Assembly: GCA_022361155.1 (NCBI GenBank)
Contig: JAKSBK010000210.1
Location: 2,364-66,363, forward strand
Direction: 5' to 3'
Length of the DNA: 64,000 nt
Source of the DNA: Pseudomonadota bacterium
Lineage (GTDB): Bacteria; Myxococcota_A; Polyangia; Polyangiales; JAKSBK01
Both the position numbers and the translations under genes were made by a program. Shown one piece after another: positions 1-9,680 of the stretch. The stretch's first letter is position 1, and every line of letters starts with the position of its first letter. Below the pieces are notes generated by a model. That model had not been told where the DNA came from and made no database searches. It saw nothing but the letters and a program-made list of their open reading frames with translations.

Positions 1-16
1 CCCGTCGCCGACATGA

Positions 17-141
17 GTTCCCGCCCAGAATCGCGCGACAGCGGTTTACGTCCTCGCCCCGGCCCTGCGAAATACTTCCAGTATTCCTCGGTCCGGCGCT
101 CCGGGCGCACGCGCTCTCGCATCGATTCTGGGCGGGAACTA
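17..141. repeat. MITE-like palindromic interspersed element, copy D (about 123 bp)
   Basis: Terminal inverted repeats gttcccgcccagaatcg (17-33) and cgattctgggcgggaac (123-139). Central hairpin aatac/gtatt. Same architecture as the copies at 9522, 21251, 35803 and 36066. TAG (139-141, minus strand) abutting the repeat is the dnaJ stop. Confidence 0.75.
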
Positions 142-1239
142 ACCGAGCCAGGTGCGTAGCTTTTCCAAGAACGACTGCTGTCTTGGGTGGGTTTCGGCGT
201 CGAGCTCGGCAGCGAGCTGCTGAACCAGGCGGGCCTGGCGTTCGCTGAGCTTGGCTGGAACCTCAAGATGCACGGTCACCAGCTGGTCCCCCTTGCCGTA
301 ACCACCGAAGACCGGGAAACCCTTACCTCGCAACCGAAATACCGTGCCGGGCTGTGTGCCTGCAGGCACTCTCATGCGCAGCTTGCCCTCGAGCGTGGGC
401 ACATCCACGTGTGCGCCGAGCGCAGCCTGGGCGAAACTGATGGGTATCTCGCACAGGATGTTCGCATCTTCGCGGGTAAACAGCGGGTGCTTTTTCAGAT
501 GCACCTCGACGTGCAGGTTGCCCGTGCCGCCGAGCGTCTGCTCGCCGCCGCCCCGCAGCGTCCGCACCGCGCCATGTTCTATCCCGGCGGGCACACGCAC
601 CGTCATCGTTTCAGTGCGCTGTACGGTGCACTCTGCGCGGCACTCGCTGCAGGCAGTCTGGATGCGTTTGCCGCTGCCGTTGCAGGCGCTGCATGAACGA
701 CTGGCGCTGAAGAAGCCACGCTGGAACTGAATCTCGCCCCGGCCCTGACACGCCGGGCATTCGGTGAGCGGCGTACCGGGCTCGGCTCCACTTCCCGAGC
801 AGTGCGGGCAGATAACCTGCCGCTCGAGCTGGATCTCCTTGGTCACGCCCTTGGCTGCTTCCTCCAGGGTCAGCTCCAACTCGTAGCGAAGGTTTCGCGG
901 AGCCCTGTGCCGCGGTCCGGCTCGGCGCATTCGGAACACGTCGCCGATCAAGCCTTCCAGTATGTCGCTGATTGCCCCGAAATCCACCTGGTCGCGGTTG
1001 GATCCCGAGGTTCTTTCGTAGGCGGCGGCTCCGACCCGGTCGTAGTGGCGACGCTTGTCCGGATCGCTTAGCACGGAAAACGCTTGACTCGCAGTCTTGA
1101 AGGCTTCCTCTGCGCCTTCGTCGTCGGGATTGTGATCGGGATGGTGCTTTATGGCGAGCTTGCGATAGGCTCGCTTGATGTCTTCGGTGGAGGCGGTTCG
1201 GTCTACACCCAATACCTCGTAGTAGTCCCGGGAGGCCAT
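139..1239 (-). CDS. dnaJ: Molecular chaperone DnaJ (J domain plus CxxCxGxG zinc-finger repeats)
   Basis: N-terminal DYYEVLGV...HPD J domain. Zinc-finger motifs [25 protein letters not shown]-terminal substrate-binding region. Confidence 0.9.
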   Translation of the reverse strand: MASRDYYEVLGVDRTASTEDIKRAYRKLAIKHHPDHNPDDEGAEEAFKTASQAFSVLSDPDKRRHYDRVGAAAYERTSGSNRDQVDFGAISDILEGLIGDVFRMRRAGPRHRAPRNLRYELELTLEEAAKGVTKEIQLERQVICPHCSGSGAEPGTPLTECPACQGRGEIQFQRGFFSASRSCSACNGSGKRIQTACSECRAECTVQRTETMTVRVPAGIEHGAVRTLRGGGEQTLGGTGNLHVEVHLKKHPLFTREDANILCEIPISFAQAALGAHVDVPTLEGKLRMRVPAGTQPGTVFRLRGKGFPVFGGYGKGDQLVTVHLEVPAKLSERQARLVQQLAAELDAETHPRQQSFLEKLRTWLG

Positions 1240-1264
1240 GGTGCGCAGCCTGTCCTAGGGTGTT

Positions 1265-2254
1265 GTGGAAGGCAACTGCCAGAGCCGAGTCATGGCCCGT
1301 AACGACCAGCCGGGGGGCGATCAAGCGAGCAGCCTGACCGTTGCCCGCGATCAGGCGGGTCTTCGGCTCGATGTCTTCATCCGGGAGCGCTTCCCCGGCT
1401 GCGGCCGTAGCCGGGCGCGGGCGCTGCTCAGACAGGGAGCCGTGCTGCTCAACGATCGCAGGGCAACCGCCGGCCAGCGCCTCGAGGCGGGCGACCGTGT
1501 GAACTTCAGGCGAGCACCCGAACAAACCGCTTTCGAGCCTCAGGTCAACCCGGCGTTCGAGCTCGAGCTGCTCTTCGAGGACGCGCACCTGGTTGCCGTA
1601 AACAAGCCGCCTCACCTGCCGAGCCATCCACTGCGGTCGGACGAGCGGGACACCGTGGTCAACTTCCTGCTCGCGCGCTTTCCGGAAATGCTGGATGTGG
1701 GCTACCGGCCGCGCGAAGGGGGGCTAGTGCACCGGCTTGACGGGGGCACGTCGGGACTGATGCTGGCCGCGCGCACTCGCCCTGCGTTCGAGGCACTGCG
1801 GCTGCAGCTTCGCAGCTCAGAGCTCGACAAGCGCTACTTGGCGTTGTGTGCCGGCGAGCTTTCGGCTCCGATCGAGCTCAGGCACCGCTTGCTCGTGGCT
1901 CATCGGCGCAAGGTGGTTGTGCAAAAAAGATGCAGCTCGGGCGGAGTTTGGGTACGCAGCTGGATCCTCCGAAGGTCGCTTTTTGATTCGCGGACCGCTC
2001 TCGGCCCCCTGTCGCTGCTATGGTTGAAAGCGCCCCGCGCGGTTCGTCACCAACTGCGCGCTCAACTGGCCGCCATCGGTCATCCGATCGTGGGCGACCG
2101 CCTGTACCAAGGACCCGAGCTTGCTCCCCTCGATCGCCATTTCTTGCACGCCAGTGAGATTCGCTTCCGACATCCGGTCAGCGCTAGACCGTTGCGGCTG
2201 CGCGCGCCGCTCAGCGACGATCTGCGGAGCTGTCTGGCCGGGATAGCTCCCTGA
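1265..2254 (+). CDS. RluA-family pseudouridine synthase (RluD-like, S4 domain plus catalytic HRLD motif)
   Basis: LVHRLDGGTSGLMLAART catalytic motif and an N-terminal S4-like RLDVFI region. Start uncertain (GTG 1265 or ATG 1292). Confidence 0.8.
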   Translation: MEGNCQSRVMARNDQPGGDQASSLTVARDQAGLRLDVFIRERFPGCGRSRARALLRQGAVLLNDRRATAGQRLEAGDRVNFRRAPEQTAFEPQVNPAFELELLFEDAHLVAVNKPPHLPSHPLRSDERDTVVNFLLARFPEMLDVGYRPREGGLVHRLDGGTSGLMLAARTRPAFEALRLQLRSSELDKRYLALCAGELSAPIELRHRLLVAHRRKVVVQKRCSSGGVWVRSWILRRSLFDSRTALGPLSLLWLKAPRAVRHQLRAQLAAIGHPIVGDRLYQGPELAPLDRHFLHASEIRFRHPVSARPLRLRAPLSDDLRSCLAGIAP

Positions 2255-2255
2255 A

Positions 2256-2903
2256 ATGAGGATACCAGCGACAGCAACGGCGGGCTCTTTGCGCCAGAGC
2301 ATGGTCGACCAGCAGCTACGGCGACGTGGCATCGCCGACGAACGTGTGCTTCGTGCCATGGCCGCCGTGCCGCGCGAAGCCTTCGTACCCACTCGGTTGG
2401 TCACCGAGGCGTACGCCGACCGCGCATTGCCCATCGGACATGGTCAGACCATCTCCCAGCCCTTCATTGTTGCGCGCACGTGCGAGCTCGCCAGCATTGC
2501 GCCTGAGGCCACAGTGCTCGAGCTCGGCAGCGGCTCGGGCTACCAGGCGGCTGTGCTGGGCGAGCTGTGCAGGCACGTGGTCACGATCGAGTGCATTGCC
2601 GAACTCGCTGCACGAGCGGCTCGCAATCTCGAGTCCATCGGCCAGCGGCGCGTTCAGGTCGTGACCGGCGACGGCCGGCAAGGCTATCCGGCGCTCGCTC
2701 CCTATGCTGCGATCGTGGTGGCAGCGGCCGCCCCCGCGGTGCCGCCAGCGCTCATCGAGCAGCTCGCCCAGGGCGGCCGCCTCGTCATGCCGGTCGGTGC
2801 GCGCGGCCTGCAGTCGCTCATTGTCATGCACAAGGGCGAAGAGCGGCTCACCGAGACGTCCTACGATCCGTGCGTGTTTGTTCCTCTGGTGGGCCAGGAC
2901 TAG
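2256..2903 (+). CDS. pcm: Protein-L-isoaspartate O-methyltransferase
   Basis: GQTISQPFIVA and LELGSGSGYQAAVL SAM-binding motifs. Typical 215-aa length. Confidence 0.9.
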   Translation: MRIPATATAGSLRQSMVDQQLRRRGIADERVLRAMAAVPREAFVPTRLVTEAYADRALPIGHGQTISQPFIVARTCELASIAPEATVLELGSGSGYQAAVLGELCRHVVTIECIAELAARAARNLESIGQRRVQVVTGDGRQGYPALAPYAAIVVAAAAPAVPPALIEQLAQGGRLVMPVGARGLQSLIVMHKGEERLTETSYDPCVFVPLVGQD

Positions 2904-3086
2904 CTACATGGCGGTGCAAGAGTAGGGGAGGTCTTTCAATGCCTTCAGCAACCGGATAACTGGGCTGCCAACCGGAGCTGCGCTTTTTTTCGCAGGACCG
3001 AGCCCGAGGCCGAGAGCGCCCTCTTCCAGGAGCGCTGGTTGCGCTTGCAGCCCAGGCAGCCTACTCTTACTGGTAGGAGTAATACT

Positions 3087-3323
3087 ATGAAGATTACGTC
3101 AAAGGGCCAGGTGACCATCCCGTTCGAAGTGCGTGAGAGGCTCGGTTTGCTTCCGAATACAGAGGTAGAGTTCGTGATGGAGCGGAACGCGGTGCGCATC
3201 GTCAAGGTCGTGCCCCGACGAGGACGCGGTCGGGGGGGGGACGCCGTTGCTCGCCTGAAGGGACGAGCGGACGTTCGCATGAGCACAGAAGCGATCCTCG
3301 CCCTCACGCGCGCGAAGCGATGA
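3087..3323 (+). CDS. vapB: AbrB/SpoVT-type antitoxin (VapB-like)
   Basis: MKITSKGQVTIPFEVRERLGL swapped-hairpin motif. AGGAG SD upstream of ATG 3087. 4-nt overlap with the downstream PIN gene. Confidence 0.8.
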   Translation: MKITSKGQVTIPFEVRERLGLLPNTEVEFVMERNAVRIVKVVPRRGRGRGGDAVARLKGRADVRMSTEAILALTRAKR

Positions 3324-3733
3324 CCCGTGTTCTCGTCGACAGCAACGTCATTCTGGATGTAGCGACAAATGACCCCGACTGGTCCGACTGGTCAGCGAAC
3401 GCGCTCGAATCTGTAGCGAATCGATCGTCCCTCGCGATCAATGCTCTGATATACGCGGAGGTCTCGATCGCCTTCAGCCGTATCGAGGATCTGGAGCAAG
3501 CGCTCCCGTCAGCGCTGTATCACCGCGCAGTGCTTCCGTATGAAGCCGCCTTTCTTGCGGGTAAGGCCTTTGTTAAGTACCGGCGCAGGGGTGGTGTACG
3601 CACAGCTCCGCTTCCCGACTTCTACATCGGAGCACACGCCGCGGTTGCTGGCTTTCGGCTGCTGACAAGGGACACCAAGCGTTACAGGACGTACTTCCCG
3701 TCAGTCGAGCTTATCGGCCCGGAGCCGGAGTAG
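3320..3733 (+). CDS. vapC: PIN-domain ribonuclease toxin (VapC)
   Basis: N-terminal VLVDSNVILD acidic motif. About 137 aa. Translationally coupled (ATGA) to the AbrB-type antitoxin. Confidence 0.8.
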   Translation: MTRVLVDSNVILDVATNDPDWSDWSANALESVANRSSLAINALIYAEVSIAFSRIEDLEQALPSALYHRAVLPYEAAFLAGKAFVKYRRRGGVRTAPLPDFYIGAHAAVAGFRLLTRDTKRYRTYFPSVELIGPEPE

Positions 3734-4031
3734 CCTACAGTCCGGCGGCCCCCACCGCGCCGCATGCGGAACGGGGCTGTCAGAAGCGTGCGTCGACCGC
3801 CTCAACACAAGCGCTGCCGCCGTTCCAAGCTAGCGCGTATTCCGCAAGCGGGTTCCATCTGGCCGGGCGAGGTCGTTCACTGGTTAGGGCCCGGAGGCCG
3901 GAGCTTCCCGCCGCTCTGATTGACGGTGAAGGTGATGCTCTCGGCAGTCCATATGCAGCCGTAGGTGTTCCAGTTGTCGCGGCCGATCGGTGCAGTGCTG
4001 CCCTTGGGCGGGTCGCGGGTAGTTTGAAGGA

Positions 4032-5204
4032 CTAGAACGGTAGGCGCAGGCCGGCCATTCCGATCATGGCTTTGCCGTAGCGAGGATCGAAGCGCGTTAC
4101 CGTGTAGGTGCGCCATGCGTAGTCGAAGCTCAGGTCGGCCCATGCCCTGCTGGCGAAGCCGAACAGGCTGTCCTCGAGGAAGAACAAACGCATCCGAATC
4201 TGCGCGCCCGCTTCGTGGCTGGAGAACGCCCCCATTTTGGGGTCCGCGCTGAAGTAGATGTCGATCTGCTGCGAATAGGGCTGATTCTCCTTGAAGAAGA
4301 TCGCACCCGATTGACGATAGTAGCGATAGCGCCAGCGCAGCACCAGGTCGTCACCCACTTCCTTGAAGACCCGCAGCTCGGGCGTCAGCGCGGCCAGCTT
4401 CCACGAGTCCAGGTAGGCGCGATACATGGCATGCACGGCGATCTGTGTGTCCGGGTGGTACCACGCCAGTCGTGCCTGCAGGTTGTGCCGCAGGCGCCGG
4501 CCCGGGTGCTGCTCGGGTACGGGGGGCGAATCGTTGGTGCGAACCGAGCGATAGCGGTTCGCCAAAAACCCGGTGAGATATCCAAACGTGTAGGAAAACG
4601 AGGCCACCATGGTGGGGGAGACGACCTGGTCCCAACCGAGCAGCGTGCTCGCGCCCCGCAGGATACGGCGCTGCTGTTCCGATACCACGTTGAAGCCGCG
4701 CAGCACCCTGCCCACTTCGTCCTGCGGCAGCACGGTGAGCGCCAGGTGCAGCACGCTGTTGCGCTCGTTCAGCGACAGCTGCACGGCGGCTCCCGCGCTG
4801 CGTGACACGTAGTCCGGCTCCTGGCTGATGCGACCCGACACCGTTGTTTTGAGCTGAGCTTCGCCCAGATCCGCTTCGTAGCCGACGTACAGTCCCCCTT
4901 CTTTGCGCCACTCGGTAAAGCGGCGATCGACCAGCAATCCGGCTGAGATGCTCGCGCTGGTGATCACGTCCACCAAGCCCGTGGCGCCGAACTCGAGCCC
5001 TCCGGGAGTCTGGACGTGCCCGTAGAGTGTGGGCACGACGACTCGAGTGGATCGATCCCAGTAGTAGCGGGCGCGCGGCTCGAGGTAGCCCGACCAGCTC
5101 CCGGTGCCCTGGTCGGCTTGCGCCGCTGCTGTCACGCTCGACAGCAACAACACCATGCCTATCCAGCGCCGCGTGCGAGGTCCGAGTACCCACCCTGTTG
5201 CCAC
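4032..5204 (-). CDS. DUF3570-family outer-membrane beta-barrel protein
   Basis: Signal peptide from GTG 5204 (RTRRWIGMVLLLSSVTAAAQA). Alternating beta-strand pattern and C-terminal ...GLRLPF. Sits immediately downstream of a DUF4266-like lipoprotein, the usual pairing as recalled. Confidence 0.65.
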   Translation of the reverse strand: MATGWVLGPRTRRWIGMVLLLSSVTAAAQADQGTGSWSGYLEPRARYYWDRSTRVVVPTLYGHVQTPGGLEFGATGLVDVITSASISAGLLVDRRFTEWRKEGGLYVGYEADLGEAQLKTTVSGRISQEPDYVSRSAGAAVQLSLNERNSVLHLALTVLPQDEVGRVLRGFNVVSEQQRRILRGASTLLGWDQVVSPTMVASFSYTFGYLTGFLANRYRSVRTNDSPPVPEQHPGRRLRHNLQARLAWYHPDTQIAVHAMYRAYLDSWKLAALTPELRVFKEVGDDLVLRWRYRYYRQSGAIFFKENQPYSQQIDIYFSADPKMGAFSSHEAGAQIRMRLFFLEDSLFGFASRAWADLSFDYAWRTYTVTRFDPRYGKAMIGMAGLRLPF

Positions 5205-5208
5205 GCTC

Positions 5209-5481
5209 CTAGTTGCAGCCACAACCGCCACCCGTGCTGCTGCTGCTTCCGACGGCTCCTTCGCGCGAATCGTAGATATGGCCCCGGAACGTCTCCTGGG
5301 GTCCCTCACGCTCGAGATCCATGCTGGGCCGGGCGAGGTACTCGCGTTCGTAGGGTGCCACGTGAACGCAGCCCGCAGCGAAGCCGGCCAGGCACACCGT
5401 GACCAGCAGAAGCTTAGGAGGCTGCGCCCGGTCGGAGCGGCTGTTTCTCGGAGCCTCTTTAATCCTCATTGTCGAGTGCAC
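5209..5481 (-). CDS. DUF4266-like small lipoprotein
   Basis: Lipobox LAGFAAGC followed by VHVAPYEREYLARPSM, and a C-terminal GGGCGCN. Family name is from memory. Confidence 0.6.
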   Translation of the reverse strand: MHSTMRIKEAPRNSRSDRAQPPKLLLVTVCLAGFAAGCVHVAPYEREYLARPSMDLEREGPQETFRGHIYDSREGAVGSSSSTGGGCGCN

Positions 5482-7294
5482 GTGCCAGCCAAATCAGCGG
5501 CGAGAGCAGCTGTCGCGTGAACCCGCGCAGCGTTTCGTTGTGCCGAATTGCTCGAGCCGCCACGGGCCCGTGCCGGTAGTACAGGTCGACCAGATAGCGT
5601 CCGGCTGCGTAGGGCATCAGGTAACGATCCCGGAACCTGCGAAGGACGAAGACCTCCTCGGCCAGCGGCGTGCCAAAGGCAGCGCTCGCCACGAAACAGG
5701 GGGAGACCGTGGTGAAGTGGATCTCGCTCGTGGTCACTTCAGCCACCGCGATCGGCCCGGCGCTCGCGCAGCTGTCCACGGCGCGAATCCCCACGTAGTA
5801 GCGGGTCTCGGGAGCCAGGCCGCCGAAATCGATCGAGATCGTCGGCTCTTCGCCGGCAACTGGAATCTTCAGCGCATCCATTTCCGAGCTGGCCGATTTG
5901 GCGGGCAGCGCACGCAGGAAGGAGGTCTCGTCGCTGATCGGTTCGGTACCGACACGCACTTCGTAGCGCGCTATCTGCACGTCGTCTTCAGGGGCCGTGA
6001 AGCTCAGGTGGGCCCACTGATGCGAGTGCTTTTCGTTTCCGTGCCGGAGCACGCTCAGGTCTTGGATGGCTCCCGGTGCACGATCGCTCTTACAGCCGCC
6101 CGAAACGCCGATCTTGAAGCGGCTGCCGTCGGACATGGCCCGCAGGCGGTCGGCGCCGCTGCCGGGTGCCAGGGCCGGATTGTCCCGTATGCCCAACATG
6201 CTTTGGTTGATCTCTCCAAAACCAGGCGCCGTGCTATCCCAGGTGCCACGACCAGCAGCCTCCTTGGTCTGGAAGGTCGTCTCCCGGCCGCTGTACGTCT
6301 CGAACGGCAGGGCGTAGACGACGGACGGTTGGCCCCGATAGGGGTAGCCAAAGGTCAAGGCCCAAGAGTCCCAGCTGTCTTGAGGCGTGCTTGGCGTCGG
6401 CAACGCGTCGGGTCCAAAGGCCGTGCTGCCGGCGCCGTAGTCGCCCTCGACGTTGATTTCGAGCCAGGCCACGTAATCGCCGGGCGCCAAATCCAAGGGA
6501 AACGGCCACGTGTAGTCGACGAGCTCGTCTCCCGGCTGAGTAGCGTGGGTGACCGCGTCGATCTCGGGCATCACCTGGCGCACATCGCTGGCGAAGCGGG
6601 CAACGTCCTGGTGGTCGAAGCACGAGGTGGCGGCACACCGCCTGACGTCGCTGCGTGCGGGATAGAGCGAGCTCAGCGACAGCGGACGCATCGTGCCCGC
6701 GCCCCGGCTGGCCTCGTAGGGCTCCCCGTAGCCACTACCCACGTCGAGCGACGTAAGGTAACGGCCCTTGTCGCTGTTGAACTGGCTCGCGCAGGTTATG
6801 GCGTCGAGCTGGTCGTGCCGCGACAGCTCGGCGTTGAACGACAGGCAGAAGTAATCGTCGGGGGAGAAATCGTTGCTCGAGCGCGATGCGTAGCCCTCCG
6901 CAGGCACGCCGCCGGCATTGCGACGGTCCTGAAAGATGACGCGAGGGAAGCTCTGCGCGCCGGGTGCCTGCGCCCTGGCGTGCGCCCACACCGGCAGCAC
7001 CCCTTCGCGGCGCCCGTAGGGCCAGCGCCAACCGCTGTTCATCTGTGAAGCACCGGGCCGGTTGCCGATGCCTCGGCGAGCCACGGCTTCGGTAAGCCAA
7101 ACGGTACGCAAGAACTCGCCTTCGGCGCTCTCGATCCAGATGGCTATCTGGGCTCGCTTGGTGGGAACGAATTCGAAACGCACCAGGGTGGAGGCTTGCT
7201 GGGCAGCCGCCTCCGGGCAGCTCGAAAGAGCACCCAGTGCCGCCAGCGCCACACCAAGCCAGCGCGCGAACCCTCCTCCCGAGCATGATGGCAT
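5459..7294 (-). CDS. Secreted multidomain protein (DUF2271-like N-terminus, FN3-like middle, C-terminal CFVASAAFG...LRRFRDRYL motif)
   Basis: Signal peptide WLGVALAALGALSSCPEAAAQ. IAIWIESAEGEFLRTVWLT resembles DUF2271. C-terminal about 85 aa carry a CF[VI]A[ST]AA[FY]G-type motif, which I recall as a CFI-box-like C-terminal domain. Confidence 0.55.
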   Translation of the reverse strand: MPSCSGGGFARWLGVALAALGALSSCPEAAAQQASTLVRFEFVPTKRAQIAIWIESAEGEFLRTVWLTEAVARRGIGNRPGASQMNSGWRWPYGRREGVLPVWAHARAQAPGAQSFPRVIFQDRRNAGGVPAEGYASRSSNDFSPDDYFCLSFNAELSRHDQLDAITCASQFNSDKGRYLTSLDVGSGYGEPYEASRGAGTMRPLSLSSLYPARSDVRRCAATSCFDHQDVARFASDVRQVMPEIDAVTHATQPGDELVDYTWPFPLDLAPGDYVAWLEINVEGDYGAGSTAFGPDALPTPSTPQDSWDSWALTFGYPYRGQPSVVYALPFETYSGRETTFQTKEAAGRGTWDSTAPGFGEINQSMLGIRDNPALAPGSGADRLRAMSDGSRFKIGVSGGCKSDRAPGAIQDLSVLRHGNEKHSHQWAHLSFTAPEDDVQIARYEVRVGTEPISDETSFLRALPAKSASSEMDALKIPVAGEEPTISIDFGGLAPETRYYVGIRAVDSCASAGPIAVAEVTTSEIHFTTVSPCFVASAAFGTPLAEEVFVLRRFRDRYLMPYAAGRYLVDLYYRHGPVAARAIRHNETLRGFTRQLLSPLIWLARALDNED

Positions 7295-7408
7295 CCGCGC
7301 AGCCTAGCGCGCGGACCGGTCGCACTCAAGCGTTTAGCGCGGGCCTTCTTGGGGCCACCTTGGCGGCTACGTGGGCCTTGCGCGGCTGCATTTTGCGCGG
7401 TAGCCCGA

Positions 7409-9460
7409 TCAGCGGCGAGCCCGCCGAAAAGCGCGTCTCTGACGCCCTTGGCGCGTGTTTCCAGGTTGCTGGGCTCCGCCCTGCAGGTTGGTGATGCGGT
7501 CCCTCAGCTCCCCCGCCCTCTCGAACTCGAGTTGATCTGCCGCAATCAGCATTTCGCTCCGCAGCCGTTCGATCAGCAGCGGGAGCGACTCCGAGTGCGC
7601 GTCGTCCTCGGGTGCGTCCCCTTTGGGCACGGGCAGATAGTCTTGTTCGAGGGCGTCGGTCGCCATGTCCGGCAACGCCTTGCGCACGCTGCGAGGCGTA
7701 ATGCCGTGCTGGTGATTGTACTGCGCCTGGATCTCGCGGCGGCGCTCCGTTTCGTCGATGGCTTGCTGCATGGCCCGCGTAAGACGATCGGCGTACATGA
7801 TGACTTGTCCGTGTACGTTGCGCGCCGCCCGGCCGATGGTCTGAATCAGCGAGCGCGGCGAGCGCAGGAACCCTTCCTTGTCGGCGTCCAAAATCGCCAC
7901 CAGCGATACTTCAGGCAAGTCCAGCCCCTCTCGAAGCAGGTTGATTCCCACCAGCACATCGAACTTGCCGGAGCGAAGATCCCGCAGGATTTCCACACGC
8001 TCCAAGGTGTCGATGTCGCTATGCAGGTAGCGCACCCGCACGCCCAACTCCGCGTAGTACTCCGTAAGATCTTCGGCCATGCGTTTGGTCAGCGTGGTGA
8101 CGAGCACGCGTTCATCGCGCTCGGCGCGCAGTCGGATCTCGTGCAGCAGATCGTCGACCTGGTTGCTGACAGGCTTGACCGTGACCTTCGGGTCCATCAG
8201 GCCGGTGGGTCGCACGACCTGTTCGATCACGACACCGCCCGTCTTGTCGAGCTCGTAGTCGCCAGGCGTCGCGCTCACGTAGATACGCTGGCTGGCCCGC
8301 TGCTCGAACTCCTCGAACCGGAGCGGCCGGTTGTCGAGCGCGCTCGGCAGGCGAAAGCCGAAGTTCACGAGGGTTTGTTTGCGCGAGCGGTCCCCACGGA
8401 ACATCGCGCCGAGCTGCGGGACGGTCTGATGCGACTCGTCGAGCACGAGCAGATGATCCTCTGGCAGGTAGTCGAGCAGGGTCGGTGGAGGCTCGCCCGC
8501 GGAGCGACCCGAAAGATGCCTCGAGTAGTTCTCGATGCCGTGGCAGAATCCCATCTGTTCCAGCATCTCCAGGTCGTACAGTGTTCGCTGCTCGAGACGC
8601 TGCCGTTCGAGCAGCTTGCCCTCTTGTGCGAGCTTGGGCAGCTGCACGCGCAGTTCCGCGCGGATGGACTCGATCGCCCGCCGGCGCTGATCCTCGGGCG
8701 TGACGTAGTGCGACCCCGGATAGACGCCGTAGCGCTCGAGCTCACGCACGACCTTGCCCCGCAGCGGCTCGATCTCGCTGATGCGCTCGATCTCGTCGCC
8801 CCAGTACTCGATCCGTACGCCCAGGTCTTCTTCGTAGGCAGGAAAGATCTCGACCACGTCACCTCGGACACGGAAGGTACCCCGGTGAAAGTCGACGTCG
8901 TTGCGTTGGTACTGGATGTCGACCAGCCGCCGCAGCAGCTCGTCGCGCAGCAGCTCTTCGCCTCGCTTGATGGTGACGATCATGCCTTGATAGGCTTCCG
9001 CCGAGCCCATGCCGTAGATGCACGACACGCTGGCGACGATAATCACGTCGCGGCGCGACAACAGCGATCGGGTAGCGCTGTGTCGCATGCGGTCGATGCG
9101 GTCGTTGATGATCGCATCCTTTTCGATGTAGGTATCGGTGGTGGGAAGGTAGGCTTCGGGCTGATAGTAGTCGTAGTAGCTGACGAAGTACTCCACCGCG
9201 TTGCGCGGGAAGAAGCTTTTCATCTCCGAGTAGAGCTGCGCGGCGAGCGTCTTGTTGGGCGCGATGATCAACGCGGGGCGCTGCAACTGCTGGATCAGCT
9301 GGGCGACGGTGAACGTCTTGCCGCTGCCCGTGATGCCCAGCAGCACCTGATGCTGCTGCCCCTGCGTCAGGCTCTGGCACAACTGCTCGATCGCCTGCGG
9401 TTGATCACCGCGCGGCGACAGGTCGCTCAGTAGCTCGAATCGTTGCGCCGCTTCGGGCAT
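7409..9460 (-). CDS. uvrB: Excinuclease ABC subunit B
   Basis: GITGSGKTF Walker A, helicase motifs, and C-terminal UVR domain ([12 protein letters not shown]). Start taken at ATG 9460 ([10 protein letters not shown]...). Confidence 0.95.
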   Translation of the reverse strand: MPEAAQRFELLSDLSPRGDQPQAIEQLCQSLTQGQQHQVLLGITGSGKTFTVAQLIQQLQRPALIIAPNKTLAAQLYSEMKSFFPRNAVEYFVSYYDYYQPEAYLPTTDTYIEKDAIINDRIDRMRHSATRSLLSRRDVIIVASVSCIYGMGSAEAYQGMIVTIKRGEELLRDELLRRLVDIQYQRNDVDFHRGTFRVRGDVVEIFPAYEEDLGVRIEYWGDEIERISEIEPLRGKVVRELERYGVYPGSHYVTPEDQRRRAIESIRAELRVQLPKLAQEGKLLERQRLEQRTLYDLEMLEQMGFCHGIENYSRHLSGRSAGEPPPTLLDYLPEDHLLVLDESHQTVPQLGAMFRGDRSRKQTLVNFGFRLPSALDNRPLRFEEFEQRASQRIYVSATPGDYELDKTGGVVIEQVVRPTGLMDPKVTVKPVSNQVDDLLHEIRLRAERDERVLVTTLTKRMAEDLTEYYAELGVRVRYLHSDIDTLERVEILRDLRSGKFDVLVGINLLREGLDLPEVSLVAILDADKEGFLRSPRSLIQTIGRAARNVHGQVIMYADRLTRAMQQAIDETERRREIQAQYNHQHGITPRSVRKALPDMATDALEQDYLPVPKGDAPEDDAHSESLPLLIERLRSEMLIAADQLEFERAGELRDRITNLQGGAQQPGNTRQGRQRRAFRRARR

Positions 9461-9521
9461 GCCGCGACTAGTAGCACGAATCACGAGTTCACCAGGGTCC
9501 TGCGGACCGGCCACCAGTCCA

Positions 9522-9680
9522 AGGGCCCGCGGAAGAATAGCTCATCCATTTCGCCGGTTCTGACCACCGCCGGCTATGTTGCTCCTCCTCGAAGTATCCC
9601 CAATACTCCTCGTCGGCGCGCCTCGCCAGCGGCGCCCAGTCCTCACCGAAACGCACGAGTTATTCTTCCGCGGGCCCTAA
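9522..9680. repeat. MITE-like palindromic interspersed element, copy A (about 157 bp)
   Basis: Inverted repeats agggcccgcggaagaata (9522-9539) and tattcttccgcgggccct (9661-9678). Central hairpin agtat/atact. About 85% identical in reverse complement to 21251-21330. The CTA at 9677-9679 is the stop of the ABC ATPase gene. Confidence 0.8.

Noticed and set aside
3877-4143. 88-aa ORF on the minus strand downstream of the DUF3570 gene.
   Set aside because: - Its 5' half overlaps the 3' end of the DUF3570 gene in another frame.
- Only the last about 45 codons look protein-like.
- It is treated as a possible gene remnant, not a feature.
7321-7360. tttagcgcgggccttcttgggg upstream of the 611-aa protein gene, and ttagggcccggagg at 3885-3898, as further repeat-family ends.
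   Set aside because: Only about 8-10 nt are shared with the family terminus, and the arrangement of the AGAAT block differs. This is compatible with chance in GC-rich DNA.
7349-9433. Very long ORFs antisense to, or out of frame with, recognised genes. Examples: 7349-9433 +, 5399-7048 +, 15205-17145 -, 23290-25590 -, 23418-25022 +, 55086-56432 +, 56120-57421 +, 58862-59917 +, 59670-60797 +.
   Set aside because: - Their products are Arg/Ala/Gly/Pro-rich low-complexity sequences with no motifs.
- Each overlaps a gene with clear family signatures (uvrB, feoB, rSAM and others).
- Such shadow ORFs are expected at about 70% GC.
9540-9665. Possible small protein encoded by the repeat family. A conserved ...RR.[DE]EEYW.YF... 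translation is seen in copies A, B, C and D, with a GTG/ATG at a conserved position in two copies.
   Set aside because: - Copy E has an in-frame TAG in the equivalent codon, and copies B and C lack a start codon.
- Substitutions between copies are mostly non-synonymous.
- Changes in the centre are compensatory for a hairpin rather than codon-preserving.
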